This document shows positions 1 through 12,896 of a DNA stretch of 64,000 bases, in pieces. The translations under genes were made by a program, and so were the position numbers. Source of the DNA: Phoronis australis. Taxonomy: Eukaryota > Animalia > Phoronida. The notes beneath the pieces are model-generated. The model was not told the origin of the DNA. It was given only the letters and a program-made list of their open reading frames with translations, and searched no databases. Numbering within the stretch: position 1 is the stretch's first letter; each line of letters opens with the position of its first letter. The DNA lies in NCBI GenBank assembly GCA_002633005.1, contig NMRA01000011.1, forward strand, positions 1,028,855 to 1,092,854. The letters are read 5' to 3'.

Positions 1-200
1 TGGAGACCTTGTTGTATTGACAGGTTGGAAACCCTGTTGTATTGACAGGTTGGAAACCCTGTTGTATTGACAATCTAGAGACCCTGTTGTATTAACAAGC
101 TGGAGACCTTGATGTATTGACAGGCAGGGAACACTATTGTATTGACAGGCTAGAAACCCTTTTGTGTTGACAGGCAGGAGACCCTGTTGTATTGACAGTC
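1..200. repeat. 25-bp minisatellite, ~8 degenerate copies (consensus ~TGGAGACCCTGTTGTATTGACAGGC), in the intron upstream of the MKRN2OS-like exon
   Basis: A TTGTATTGACA-like core recurs every 25 nt from the window start to ~200. Confidence 0.9.
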
Positions 201-288
201 TGCAAAACAGACTATCCTTGATAAAAATGGCCCTGCGCCACTCTTTGAAAGAAAATGGCTCTAACGCAGGTTCATTGCTATTTTCCAG

Positions 289-493
289 GTACACAGACTC
301 TGAATGTAATTGTTTCACCTTTGTTCTGGAGTACCTGAAGCACTTTGGTTTGAACAGTCACTACACATGCTTGACTGACAAGGTGGAATTCTGTGAACAG
401 ATGATCGTTCCGGAAACGGCCAAGGCGGCAAAGTACATCAGCTTACACAAGCAAGTGGAAGTGAGCGGTGTGGTCGTGCAAGATCCAAGTTAA
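289..493 (+). CDS. MKRN2OS: Terminal coding exon of an MKRN2 opposite-strand (MKRN2OS/C3orf83)-like protein
   Basis: The acceptor ttttccag| at 281-288 is followed by (R)YTDSECNCFTFVLEYL...DKVEFCEQMIVPETAKAAKYISLHKQVEVSGVVVQD*. This parallels the recalled MKRN2OS C-terminus pattern RYxxxxxNCYSYAL...DKxEFTEKYVVPRTRLASKFITLY. Upstream exons lie outside the window. Confidence 0.75.
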
Positions 494-1179
494 CAAAGAC
501 CATGCAGCGGTTTGGTTTCACTTAGTTCCTGTTGTATTTTGATGTGGCTAGTGCTGCATTAAAAGATTGTTCCTTGAAGTTAAATTTGGATTTTGACCTG
601 GTTGTCGTTAAACTTTGATTTCTACCACGATGTCGAAGTTTAAATCCATTTTTATGAAATCACCATTTCCCATCGAGGAAAATTTGTTAATTAATGATAG
701 AAAGCTGAAAGCTAAATTTTGTTTCTTGCAACAATTTTTGTTTGTTTACCACATGCCTTCCAATTCTAAGTGAGCCACTTTATGGGTGTTGTTGTCATAT
801 TTTTTACAGTTGTGAATTGGTCTGTTAAGAAGTGTAGCCATGCATTATTGCAGTTTTATTTTTTTTCTCCAGAGGCTTATAATTACTTTTTAGATGGTCC
901 ACTGATTTGTGTTGAAAGCTATGTTGGTAACAAACTTTAAAAAGTAATTCTGGATAATGAAGTGCCAGTGATATAACAAGCACAAAAATATCATGAATAT
1001 GTTTGTGTTTGATTTAACATTTCTATTGTCAGCTTGCCATAAAGTTTGACCTTATTGTCAAATTGCAACAATTCTTTGCACTGCAATTTAGTCTAGTCAT
1101 TGTGGTTTGGGTCTACCTAGATCAGTTAAAAAATCCAATATCGAGGGTAGGTAACAGTGTTATTTACTATTTTTATATG

Positions 1180-1640
1180 TAGGGAAAACTGGGGATAGTT
1201 GGACATCAGGGCACAAACCCTGGTCTCTCCTGCAATATGTTGAAAGTTTTGTCTCCTGATGAAGCAACCTTCTGTTGTCTCCTTTGCAACACACATGCTC
1301 TCCTTTTTAACACGCTTGTACCCTTTTCATCTCTTGCAAACATTCATTTGTTACATTTCACCTCTGGCATCGCTGACAATCTTTGACTTTGTTGAGAAAA
1401 TGATAGTCAGTTTCATTCATACATTGTGGCATCTTCTTTGGAACCTATTCTTTTGAATACCAATGTTTTCTGACAACAACAGCCAATCCTCTCTTAGCTC
1501 AAATGATGTTTTCAAAACTCTTGTTCTCTCAGTAAGCTGCGTAAACTTTACAATGACCCAAGAGCACCTGGCTTTTTGGTTGCACTTGGTTTAGCCAGTT
1601 TGTGAGTTAGCAATCTCAGCAGTATTTACAAACTCATGAG
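1180..1640 (-). mobile_element. Possible degenerate pogo-like DNA transposon end
   Basis: TA+GGGAAAACTGGGGATAGTTGGACA at ~1180 resembles the terminus of the pogo element at 58495 (GGGGAGAGTGGGGTA). The adjoining minus strand is K/E-rich but has no intact ORF. Confidence 0.3.
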
Positions 1641-1954
1641 AGAGATTTAGTTTGTCCCTCAAAAAAAATTGGCCGGGTTATCTCCATGTTCCACGACCTC
1701 TTTCCCTGCCTCAGGTATACAGTACATTAGCAGGTTCTATTTTCTGCTACGCCACTCGTATGACAGTCACTTGCTTTTCTAAGGTTTTAAACTGTTTGTC
1801 AGTGTCATGCTACTGGACTTCTGACAGCTTAGATTGGATACTACTGAATTTCACAGATAAGATATCCCAAGACTGTTCGACTCCACTCGCTCTCTTTCCA
1901 AGTGCTACAATTTACTGTTTATAGTGTTTTCAAGCTTCTCATTAGACAGCACAA

Positions 1955-3340
1955 TCACTTCTTTGATATCTGATAACGCCACTTCGTCTTGTGCCTGGTG
2001 TACCTGTTTGACCTTGACTGGCTTAACAGTGACGAAACGGGTGTCGAATCCCCGTCGCCTTTATTTGCATTTATTAAGATGTCTGGTTCACCCTCTGCCG
2101 TAGTATTCAAGAAATATTTGCCTAGTGTCAAACTGGCACTAAATGTGTAGGCCGACTGACATGTAGACTGTTTCTTTGATCCTGTTAATGGCATGTTCAC
2201 AAAATAAATGTTTAAGACGTTTTCTCGCCAAGTCAAAATTATCTACTAACGCAGTCTTAGTTTCATCAAGTTTCCAAGGTAAAGACACGTCATACATTTT
2301 ACCAACAAATCTAACTGTCTCACGGCACTGCTGAAACACTGAGTCTGAGAGTGACTGCACAGAGTCCTTTGGACACACGCCTATTGACTGTAAGACCCAG
2401 AACTTATGAACCATAGGATCTGTAACATTAATTGGGCACAACAGCTGAAGACCATCAGTATTACTGCAACTGCCTGCCTGATACCTAAATGCCCCTGATA
2501 ACACCTAGCCAAATACCGAGTAGTGGGAAGATAATGAGTACAATGCAAATTATTCAGACTCTTGGGCTTAATAAATATCTTCGCCCATACTTCTGGCCTT
2601 TCTGTAATCATCCACAAACTGTTTATATCAAACTCACTAAAAGATGTCTGCAGATCCTTTTGCATGCTACTGTGGGGTCTCTGACAAGTATTGAACTTCA
2701 ACTCATGTGTTGTATAATTTACTTTGTGATGAACCAACAACAAAGGCTGAATACTGCACCGGTTCAGAAGACGTCTATTGGGGCTTTACTCTTCTAACAA
2801 ATCTAGCCTAGATGTAGGACCTGTCAGAACTTGTATCTAATAACTAAGTGGCCTCCATAACCTCTCTAAACCATCGACCTGTACCTGAGCTGTATGTAAA
2901 ACTGAACACTCATAGTTACCAGCACTTGATCACATTCTCCATATAGCTAGTGACACTGGTTGACCATTTTGGCCAAACCCACCATTGGTCTCACATTGAT
3001 TGGGCGAAGTCCAAGACTCCTGGCCTGTACAACCTGGTGGGGTTGCTCGCACCATCAGCATCAACGTTGCACACCAGGGTATGATGCTCTTTGCTACATT
3101 TACTACAAGAATTAACAACTTTACCCTGTTTAACCCTGTATCCCCTTTTAAGGCATTTAAAACACACTCCTGCTGTCTTTGCGTGAAACAGTTTCTGGTC
3201 TTGTGGCAACTTCTGAAATGTCCAACACGTGGGCCTTTGTCTAGGATTTCCGTTTTGGGTGTCCAAAATGGTGTTTCCAATTTTTCAGGGCGTCCATGAC
3301 CATTGGAGCGTGACACGTTTTTTTGGCGACCCCTGGTCAA
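1955..3340 (-). mobile_element. BEL/Pao LTR retrotransposon remnant (gag Cys-rich region, protease region, pre-RT region, pol tail), internally deleted
   Basis: Gag motif CFKCLKRG...CSKCSKEHHTLVC (2991-3266). BEL/Pao hallmark YDVSLPWK...DNFDLARKRLKHL (2139-2504). SRSNRYTR-type pol tail (1955-2236). Multiple frameshifts. Confidence 0.85.
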
Positions 3341-3770
3341 CTTTACTACTGCAGATAAGTGAGGTGGATGTGCGGAAATAAAGTACTCAAGTTCTAAATC
3401 ATACTAATAAACTTTATTCACAGCAAAACACAGTGTTTACAATATTTACAGAGACTTTGACGATAGTATTTTTCAGAAGTGTAGAAAGCTCTAAGCCAGC
3501 CAAACTTTAAAATAATCCAAAAGCCCAGGAAGTTTAGAGAACTAAGTTCATAAAATGTTCACATATAAATAGCAAATTACTCTGATTATCATCAGAGTTG
3601 TTTGGCAGCATCCTTTGTTGTACACCTACTACAAATACATATGTCAACACTGTCACATGTTTTTGTTTCGGGTGACCAAGCTGATTAGGCAATAGATATT
3701 TCAGTTTTGCAATTTTCTAGTAAGCATGCCTAGTTTTGGGTGCAAGCTAAACTCTTTTAATTCAACAAAT

Positions 3771-5400
3771 TTAAAGTCTTCTGTTTCGCCTGGTCAAGTA
3801 ATCCAGAACATTGGCCCTGAAGTCAAAGTCCTCAGCTGGAACTCGTTGGTATGCCACCCGCATCAAAATGTCCAGAGTATCTATAGCCATGCCACATCTG
3901 GCAATGGTCTTCACCCCATTCTGGACAGTGAAAGCCCGCTCTGCTTTGGCATTTCCAAGCATGACGCACAATGCATGGCACATCAGTTTGTACAACTCTG
4001 AAAAAAGTAAAATGATTAAAACAAGATGAGAGAGCAACTACACTGCTAATTATACTTTTCTTTGTATTTTTGTTTAACATGTATTCTAATTTCGTTTAAC
4101 ATGTAGTCTAATTCATACCTGGGCATACAGTCTTGTTGTCCTTGTTCACTCCACCAAGGAGATATGGCAGCATCTCACAGGGACAAGCCCCTCCTTGCCC
4201 TGGAAAACAAGTTTCTTGAATGTAAGAAACTCACCTCTGCAAGCCTATAGCATCTAAAAGGTCAACTCGTGGAAATCTCTTGTCCAGGTTTTGGACTATA
4301 GCATCTATGACTTCCATTCGACATCTCTCAAATGATACTAGTTGATCGTCGTTGTCTCCACGCAGCTGGTTGGTCGTGATGTCGATGCTCAGGTATTGGG
4401 CCATTGCCGGATCAAATCCTTGTTTGAATTCTGTCGGAGAAGGGCCATCATGTGTTGCCATCTCAAGCAGTGTTGTACTGCAGTCATTCACTTGTACAAT
4501 AAATGTAAATAATAAGTAAAAGTAGTAAATGCTAAAATTACAATACAATCCAATTTTGTTGAGTACTCTGTCATTTGTCATAAATTTGCACTAAGAAATT
4601 TCATGCTAAACATTTCAGTGGGCTCAAACACACGTCTCTGTACTGCGGGTGCCGAGATAGTCTATTGATGATGCTCAAAATGTCGCATGAAAGGTGCCTC
4701 TTGCCCCTACAACACGGTCATTGGTTCAAAGTTCCACACCACAGCGTCTAGGCATTCCCCAAACAAGAGCAAGCACATGTCAAACAGCTGCTTGAACTTC
4801 AGGGTGTCGCAATCCAGTCGAGCTGCTATGTCATTAGAATTCGTGAGCTGAACTTCTGAGGACTGAATGAATGTGTAAATGAGGCCGATTGTCCTCTACA
4901 ATGCTTGAAAGAAATAGACACAAATCTGGCTACAGAACGGTTTGAGTTCTTTAGTTACATTGATTGTAAGGCTTTTTAAGCGTGTTCAAGAAATGAAGTG
5001 CAGCTTACACTCATATTTCCATCGTGTTGCATGCCTGACTGATGGCCACGTGGAGTTGGTGACAAACACAATGTACATATATGCAGAACGGCTGATCGCT
5101 ACACAGCTTAGCAGAGACACACCAATATCAGCACCTAACACCACACTGGCATCATCAGAACCCATAGCTGTGACTTTCACTAAGTCATGGAAGTATCATT
5201 TTGAGTATTCTAGATGTAATTATCTCGGCATGAGTGACTGCACTGTCATGTGTTACATTCTTTCCCTTGTTCAAGGCAAGCAAATCAGTGACCTGCAGTC
5301 TTTGCCCTGACCTGATAATTGGACCAAACTTTGTTTTGGGCAACTCCTCAACAGCACATAGGTATGCTATCTCCAAACCTACAAACACAATTGAAATTTA
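3771..5400 (-). pseudogene. ZNF862-like hAT transposase pseudogene with spliceosomal introns
   Basis: Fragments: LEIAYLCAVEELPKTKF; GSDDASVVLGADIGV (GSDGASVM motif); a VHCVCH-like segment; VQNLDKRFP; and hAT dimerization AKAERAFTVQNGVKTIAR...LDILMRV. AT-rich intervals with GT/AG-like ends separate the pieces. Confidence 0.8.
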
Positions 5401-5989
5401 AAGTCACAAGTAAAATTTTAATAAATATGTTGAATACCTACTTCCATTCACTTTAAATCTAAGTAGGTGATCACATTACTAATGGTTTTAGAAAATCAGC
5501 TTTAACAATATTCATTTAACATTCAGCCAGCCTCTCTTAAATCTTGGTTTTCGGTTTGCCCATAATTTTTGTCTGGTCTACTGAAAGGCCTTTGCCTTCC
5601 TGTAGCCATCCAATGTCACGTGCTTGACCAAAGTTTCGATTCTGAAATGCAGTAAGTCGTGACATTAGAGCCACTGTTGAAGTTGAGAACTGACTGTAGG
5701 CCTAAGCATGACAAGTATTGAGGGAAGGTTAACAGGTAGCCACAACAGCGTAATATGATTACAAGCTGCCTGTTGTCATGCATCATCATTTGACACAAGA
5801 TTACTTATGAACATTTACATTTAAAATAGCACAGGGGACCGCATGGTGGTACGCAATAGGAAGCAGGAGTTATATGCGTCATTACAACTTACAGTGGGGT
5901 GCTCATGATGAGAGGAAGAGTCTAAACAAAAACGGGTATGTAACTACTGGAGTCTATTCATTACGCACTTTCAGTGGGATAGAATACCT

Positions 5990-6330
5990 ATGTCCCTGTT
6001 TAGACCTATGGCGTGGGTTCTAAATCTGGCAATGAACTTGGCCTCTCACTTTCTCGGCAAGTGGATGTCTGGCACCTCGCTTTTAACTACCTGCACATGG
6101 AGGTCACTGACAGTGTCCTGGGAGATTGAAATGATCCCCAATGGGGACCACCCTGTTGTTGTGCAGGATCCTCTGTCTATGGCCGTTCATTCTCGTGCAT
6201 ATTGGGTTACAAGTTTCCCCAAAGTACCAAATGTGAGGACATTTAATACACCTAATCAGTTATACCAGGGCTCAATATTGCTTTTTAAGCCCGAACAACA
6301 AACTCACTTGCCCCAAGTACAATCTCAAAC
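5990..6330 (-). mobile_element. Penelope-like retroelement GIY-YIG endonuclease C-terminal remnant
   Basis: The minus strand reads ...VSDLHVQVVKSEVPDIHLPRK*EAKFIARFRTHAIGLNRD, matching the PLE pattern HF..PGH...DL...E..FI....T...GLNRD. Degenerate. Confidence 0.6.
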
Positions 6331-6719
6331 AGCACCATGCATGTGCACACCAAGGTAACTGTAGGGCTGTCTGTGTCATGTTATATGCTTGAGTTGTTAT
6401 TTTTTAACAACTCTTCTGCTAACCTGTTCATCAGTACCTCTTGTATTTGTTTAAAATCAAATTTTAACATATAATAATGCCACATGTACTTTTATTTTCA
6501 ATAAATACTTACATTTTTGAAAAATAAATAGACCGCGAAAAAGTCACCCTTCAGAGCGGCAATATTGAAGACCGCATTCCTCTTCTTTTGGAGCCGCCTC
6601 CGGGAGCCGGGAATAAGAGTTTCCATTGGAATCCCCCCGAATAAATACCTGGCCTTTAAAATTGTTGTGTAGCGTAGAAAATATGTGGTCAATCATTCAC
6701 TTTTTAGCTTTTGCACTTA

Positions 6720-6880
6720 CCTGAATGACTTACATCTGCCGACGAACGCGGTGTTTCCAGCTGTACTTGGGAAACACCGGTAAAAATCACACGTCATTTC
6801 TTGTTCACCTTCTTGCAGGCTGGGAAACCTAATTTCCCTTGACGGGATCCTCTCCGTACTCTTTTCTTTTCATATTGCTG
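6720..6880 (-). mobile_element. Possible degenerate THAP zinc-finger exon from a DNA transposon
   Basis: Fragments resemble the THAP pattern (DP..R...W...C.K...RVC..HF) and end at a gtaag donor (plus strand cttac, ~6716-6720). Frameshifted. Confidence 0.3.
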
Positions 6881-7067
6881 CTTTAATTCTTCCTGAGGTT
6901 GTTTTTTAGCAACTAAACTGAGGAAATTTTGCCAGAGTGCAGACGATCAGTTGTATCACTCGACAACTTATTTAGAAACTGCAGGGCTCATTCAGAGAAT
7001 CGAAAGAATTTGACTGCAGGCGTCATCTGTACATGCAGCATCACACTCGTTCAATTTTCCATGGTGC

Positions 7068-7620
7068 TCATTCGAAGATGGGAGTTTCTGTGACGGTCAC
7101 CGGGCGTTTTTTGGTGGCATAAAATTCAGAATTTAACACCAAGCTTTGACAGTTTTTGGATCCACATTTCTGTACTCGCGTGTTTAGATATTTATCCAAG
7201 AATGTAGCAGGCATGTGTGTCTTAACCTTTTTCCTACTTGACCAAATATTAACCGAGCCTAAAACACAGTAAAACAGTGAAGGTAATTCACCCAAATAAT
7301 AACAATTCTGCATATAGTCGATTCATGAACTTTGTATGTCTGCTAGTTCTCGATCTTTAGTACCAACTCTTAGGCCATGTAATGTTAACAAAACTGGTCA
7401 ACCAATGAAGTCTTTGAAAAAGAAAATGACAAACGAGTGCTTTTACACTCTCCTGTTAACAATCGCCATCTCTGTGAGTATGTAATCATGCCCTCAGCTG
7501 TAGGCAAAATGCACTGGAAGAAGGACATAAGGAGAGCACATGTACATAATCCTGTGTAGCATAGCACTGTACTGTCATCTTTGGCGATGGTTGAGTATAA
7601 ATGTGAATTTTCCCACAGCT
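7068..7620 (-). mobile_element. ISL2EU/Harbinger-type (HTH_Tnp_4 + DDE_Tnp_4) transposase remnant
   Basis: CYTGL...FFQCILPTAEGMITYSQR...SLVDQF, then VNIWSSRKKVKTHMPATFLDKYLNTRV...SLVLNSEFY, matching the family pattern IWPSR..V...MP..F...YP.TRV..DCTE. Confidence 0.75.
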
Positions 7621-7779
7621 TGTCATTCTAGTTGCAGTCTATTTATCTCAGATATCGCCACTGCCAGTTTCTTGTCTGTGTCATGGGGGGGGGGGGTCGC
7701 AACAAACAGGAGGACACAGAACTTCACTAGACTTTACAGCAGGTCTATTTAACACAGGTTCTGCCAAGTCTACCAATTT

Positions 7780-8320
7780 CTGGTTTGGTCAATGCAAGTG
7801 ACTTACTTTGGAGTTCGGGACCATATTGCTGTTGGACCAGGTGAGGTAAACCTGGGTGAATCAAACGTAACTAAATGATGACTGCTAAATTCTCTAAGGT
7901 CGGAAACATCTCTTCCTTGTCTGTGATAAGCACGCCATGATGTAGAATGGTGTTGTCCGAGCCAAGCAAATTGTCTTCCATAAATGTCATGATTTGCTGA
8001 TGTAGGTCTTCCAGGCGTTCGTTGGGTTGGAGGCGAATATCAAAAAAGCCAATGAAATGTCCTCCGGAAAGCCATAATGACTTCTGATAGTTTGCCGTAT
8101 ACTGGCAAGTGAGGTGGACTGTTCGACAATAAAACAACACAAGACAATTGTTAGCCAATTGACCTAGCATGAGGTTTAAGTGGATTAGTTTCTGACGGGC
8201 TGTGCATCGCCGGGATTCAGGTACAGCGTCTGTATCATCAACTAAACCCCTGAAGGGGACTTTGGCTTTTTGCCACGCATAGGTTGCAGATAGTCTGTAG
8301 AATTCGGGTCGAGTGATCAT
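7780..8320 (-). mobile_element. LTR retrotransposon gag-like remnant of a family common in molluscs and cnidarians
   Basis: WQKAKVPFRGLVDD...TARQKLIHLNLMLGQLAN...HFIGFFDIRLQPNERLEDLHQQIMTFMEDNLL...HHG...EEMFPTLENL matches a recalled invertebrate gag consensus (LELMLGQIANY..., ERPEDLYQRL.AF.EDNLL). Confidence 0.7.
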
Positions 8321-9434
8321 ACATGTCAGAATGTTTAGTTGTATCCAACTAATCCCAACCTATCTCAACTTATCCTGCCAATGCCATGCCCTCTGTTGCC
8401 CTTCAACGTAGTTTAGTTGAAATTGGTTGTACCAACTAATCCCAAGTTATCTCCTACCCGATTACCACCACGCCCTCTGTCGTCCTTCAACATAGTTAAG
8501 ATTAGTTGCATCATGGTGCCATCTGTTGAGCGTTGTTTGCCACACTACACCCTCTTATTTCCACCATCACCTCAAATATCCTATTCAACTAATTCAACCA
8601 ATTGTAGCACCATCTGAAGTATTACCAGCATTGCAATTGTGCTGATATATGTTGTCAAACGTTAACGATTATCGTGTTGCCATCTGTTGTCAAAAGGTTA
8701 CTTGAATCTACTCCAACGTTATCCTCATCGTAGAGCAGTCTTGGTGCTTTGTGTACTTAAATTTATCAAAAATAAACGTTTTTGCAAAGATGAAAAAGCG
8801 TAACAAAGACTTGATTCGGCATTGACACAAATATTTTTGTATTCTTATATTTATCTAAACTAAACGTTTGTGCATAAATGATGTCTGAATAATGATGCAA
8901 AGATGAAAAAAGCGCACTTGGGAATTACATAAGAGGAAATTGACATCAAAGTCAACAGATAGGCTAAGTATAATTAACCCGCCAAGTATAACCCAGGAAG
9001 AGTTTTTTGTTAAGGCAATTTTTATTTGACAGGTGAATAAGTTAGAAACACATCAATTAAAATACATATCAAAATACTTTCTTTCACATCGCCTACCCGT
9101 TCTATAACGCGCACACGGGAATTATATAAGAGGAAATCGAAATTTGGCAAACAGGAAAGCCGATGTCACCAACGTACTCATGTTTTTAAATTGCCAGCAG
9201 GTGGTGCAAAATATGCCATTATTTGATAATGAAATAAACAAATAATAATGGTAACGGTGAAATATTACCATTCTTGCAAAACAAGACTATCCAAATTGTA
9301 ATGGTAACTGGCACACCGGAAGACCCGGGATTGTTTGTAAACTAGTACTTCATCAGCATATTCACAACGTAACAAAACATACCATCCTCAACATAAGTAC
9401 CCTACCAGCCCAATACGTGTTGTGACACTTTTTC

Positions 9435-9629
9435 TCAGCAGAAAACTAAATCTTTATTTACAAAATCTGCAGCTAATTCATATTTATGTATATCATAGTT
9501 CAAAGCAGAGTCTTCATCTTCTTCTTCTTGCCAATAACTTATTATGTATTTTTGCTCTTCCAGGTACTGACGAGCTAAGCCAGGTTTATCAGAAACTAGC
9601 GACAGTTTTCTTTTCTTTTTTGGTGGCAT
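9435..9629 (-). pseudogene. Orphan first coding exon starting MPPKKKRK (SV40-type NLS) with an acidic stretch; probably from a DNA transposon gene
   Basis: A strong acceptor ttttattttcag|G precedes ATG CCA CCA AAA AAG AAA AGA AAA. The translation includes WQEEEDEDS. Confidence 0.35.
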
Positions 9630-11336
9630 CCTGAAAATAAAAAAATATTGAAATTTGTGATTCTGAATGTTCATACACTGTACCAAGGAAAGTCCTTTTT
9701 GCAAATGCAAAAGGTAACTGTACTCCACTGGCTGTGTATTAAAATGAACTAAAAATTGGCTAACAATAATGCACTTCATTTCCGCACTGAAAACACTTTG
9801 ATGAAATGTTGCTTTGCAAAAATGACATCTAATATCAGTTATCAAAGAAGTTTGTTTCCATCTAAGTTTCTTGAGGTGAGATTGTAAAGAAACCACTTTT
9901 ATCATAAAAACATGTTGAAAACAAAGAACAAAATTTCATATTGAAATTTATCAAGCAAATAACAAGAACAATGAAAATGCATTGATGAAATCATTTCTTC
10001 TGTCAATATGAATATAAAGGATTTCAAAAATGTTCACGAAAGGCTAGCTCATCCAGCAATGTGCACTGTTTACATTCGTCAGTCAGCTGTTCTTTGTTTG
10101 GCAGCCGCTGTTCATTTATTTAACAAATAAACCAATCACATTGTCAGAACCGTGTCACGTGACCTGGGTTCCTGCGACAAAAATCAACAAGAATCATTGT
10201 ATTTAGACCACAAATGACAATTAATATCTCTGAATGTAAATCTAACTTGTACTTGGCGACTTTCAAAACGCAAAACAACAGGAACAGGTCATGAGAAAAT
10301 AGATTCGTTTCAAGACCAAGCAAATTTCCGTTCATCCAACATGGCCGTAACACTACAAATCCGAGTACCTTAGTGGGGGATTGAAAAAACTATGAAGGCA
10401 TCGATAGATTTTCATGAAAATCTGCATGTAGATTCATAAAGGGTTAAATTTATGCGATGTGATATATTCATACAACAATGTAACTTACCTGAAGAAATGC
10501 GATGACTTGACGATGAACAACAACTTTCCTACTCGAACAGCATGGGAATGAAAACGTGAAAGCAACTTATTTCATGACGTATACATTCAGGAATCTGTGT
10601 TCTACGTCATTAAAACCTTCGGTGCATTGTTCCTACAGTTTTTACGGAGAGCATGTGGATCTTCGAGGGGTAGGTTGAAACAATGGTTAATCAGCGGTGA
10701 CCGCCATTATCGGAGAACCAATCAGCGATTAGATAAGGTTATGTCACGTCCCTACTATCAAATAAACAAGTGTGAATGAACAAATTAAATACACCACTAG
10801 CGGCAAAGCCTCTCCCCAAAAACGAAACCAGTTTCATTGCTACATATCACCCACTTACTGCAACATATACAAAAACCATTTCTGTATTAGCATATCGATA
10901 CTAATGAGCACTGTGAATGAAAATGTTTTAACCAAAAATCAACTTAAACACTTCTAATAACTGAAGTAATCCAAACATTAAATTAAAGAAGCTTGCAATC
11001 CCTCGCAGGTCGTGATTGTAATACGAGATAAATGGGGCGATGACTTATGCCACATTGTTTACTCATAAAAAGCAAAGAGGTATATGTACCACTATCATAA
11101 TATTGACTCCCCGGTAAAGGAACAACCAAATGCCACTACAGGACGCACATCAGCCTAACTAGTCGGAAAAATCAATGTCCATTGTGCTCTCTTCACTAGG
11201 AGTAGGATCATAATCATAAATATCAGTCACTAGTATAATGTCACTAAATAAGGAAACAATATGGCTGACAAATGAATTGCACTTGTACAAATTTTACATA
11301 AAACTCAAATACCAAAAGTGAATTAATTCATGATGC

Positions 11337-12751
11337 CTACAGAGGCACAGAGGTACTGGCCTCCGCAGCAGTGGGTGACGTCCCATCCTCATCAGCCTCA
11401 AATAGGCGCCTCTTTGCTGGCCTAGTTGGCGTATCTGCTACTGATGTACTGTACTCAGCCCACCCAACACCATATGTCTCCAGTTTCGACCGAAACTCCT
11501 CCGCCTCTTCCAGATCATCTGGTAGAGGCCTCTTAACAAAAGTCACCAAAAACTTGTTGTTATATTGGCTTGGTTGCAGTTTCAGTTCACCGAGCTCTTC
11601 CGCCGCCAATCTTTCCATCATCGCCCTGTTGGTTGACGACGTAAGGCCCCTTTTTTTCTTCCGCAAAATCTGCGTCATGCTGAATGATGGCGCTGGGTAC
11701 AACAGCACTGCTCGTGCACACGCCATGTCCGTTTGGAAGTCGCTAGTGCATTCTACTCCAGACAAGTACCGCTTGTGAGCAGTAAATGTCTGATGTAGTG
11801 TGATGGCGTGTCACGCTGATGCTTCAGATATAATTTCTGTGGCATCCCTCTTTCCGATTTCTTCGGCTAGGGAAGCCAGGAAGTCCGCGTCAAGATTACG
11901 CATGTCTCTCGCTGTCTTGCCCATGTCATGTAGAAGCAAGACTGCATTCTCGGTTGCCTGAAGGATACCCGACAGTCTTGCCAACTGCCTTTTAGCCTTG
12001 GCATACACTCCAATAAATAAAGAGAAAATTATATCGATCACACAGTGATGCTATCGTTTACAAAAATATTAAAAACTGCAATAACAATTGCCAAAAAGTG
12101 GAGAACATCAGTAACATCATTAGTAACATCAACCACAGCATTCTTCTATAACAGAGATTTCTAATTGCAGAATCGTAAATACCACTAGTAACATTTTCTG
12201 TCTTGTTATAACACCAATGTCATATTATTCTTAATAGTGATTAACAGAACAATTCATAAAGCATATAAACGAAACATTTTGTGTAATTCCATCTTACTTT
12301 TTTCATATTTTCCTACAGTACTACAACTGTTTCAAACCAGATGACACAATGTGTTATCATGAACATGTGCAATCAAAGAGACGTTTTCAACTTTACCAAC
12401 TCACCACACGTATTCTCATCAGTGAGTAAATTTCTTTCTGTGTAGCTGTTGTAGGACGAAATTTCCTCCTTCAACAGGCGCTTGGCCTCCTCCAACAGTG
12501 TGCATCTCCTGTCCTCCATGTGTTGTGCCCTGACTGCCGCGAGCACCATAGCAACTGACGGATGTCCTCCCATACGTCAGGCTCGCTTTCAGGCTCAAAG
12601 AATTTGGGATTTGGAGCCAGCATCAGGAACCGACTCCAAAGCCCATCATTGGATGTGGCCTCACTTTTTTCGTCACCAAACCAGGACATTAACACCCTTG
12701 GCTGAACCATTCCGGTTATGGCGAGGCAGGGATTGATTAAGTTGATTGATC
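11337..12751 (-). pseudogene. DUF3987 (YfjI-like, helicase-associated) gene with spliceosomal introns; decayed C-terminal portion
   Basis: Exon 12751-12405 (acceptor ctatttcag, donor gtgagt) reads GSINLINPCLAITGMVQPRVL...NDGLWSRFLMLAP, matching the DUF3987 pattern PCLSI.G..QP.VL...DGL..RFL...P. One frameshift near 12575. The next exon from ~12010 reads GVYAKAKRQLARLSGILQ...IISEASA*HAITL...F, followed by a winged-helix-like tail to the stop at 11337. That exon has a mutated acceptor and one in-frame stop. Confidence 0.75.
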
Positions 12752-12896
12752 CTGAAATAGTTAAACATGTTAGTTACAGCAAATGTTACAAATTTAATGA
12801 AGTAATAAATACATTAGTACTGCATCAAATATCCTTAAAAATAATTAAAATCACCAAATCTTCAAAGTGGCCAAAAGTTACCACCATATGAATTTA

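Noticed and set aside
1-200. CRISPR-like repeat, or coding N-terminus of ORF 164-493
   Set aside because: It is a tandem 25-bp satellite without spacers. The real exon begins at the acceptor at 289.
9630-9905. N-terminal part of ORF 9435-9905
   Set aside because: It is intron-like sequence upstream of a strong acceptor. Only the MPPKKKRK part looks coding.
11371-11778. Plus-strand 135-aa ORF
   Set aside because: Antisense shadow of the DUF3987 coding region.
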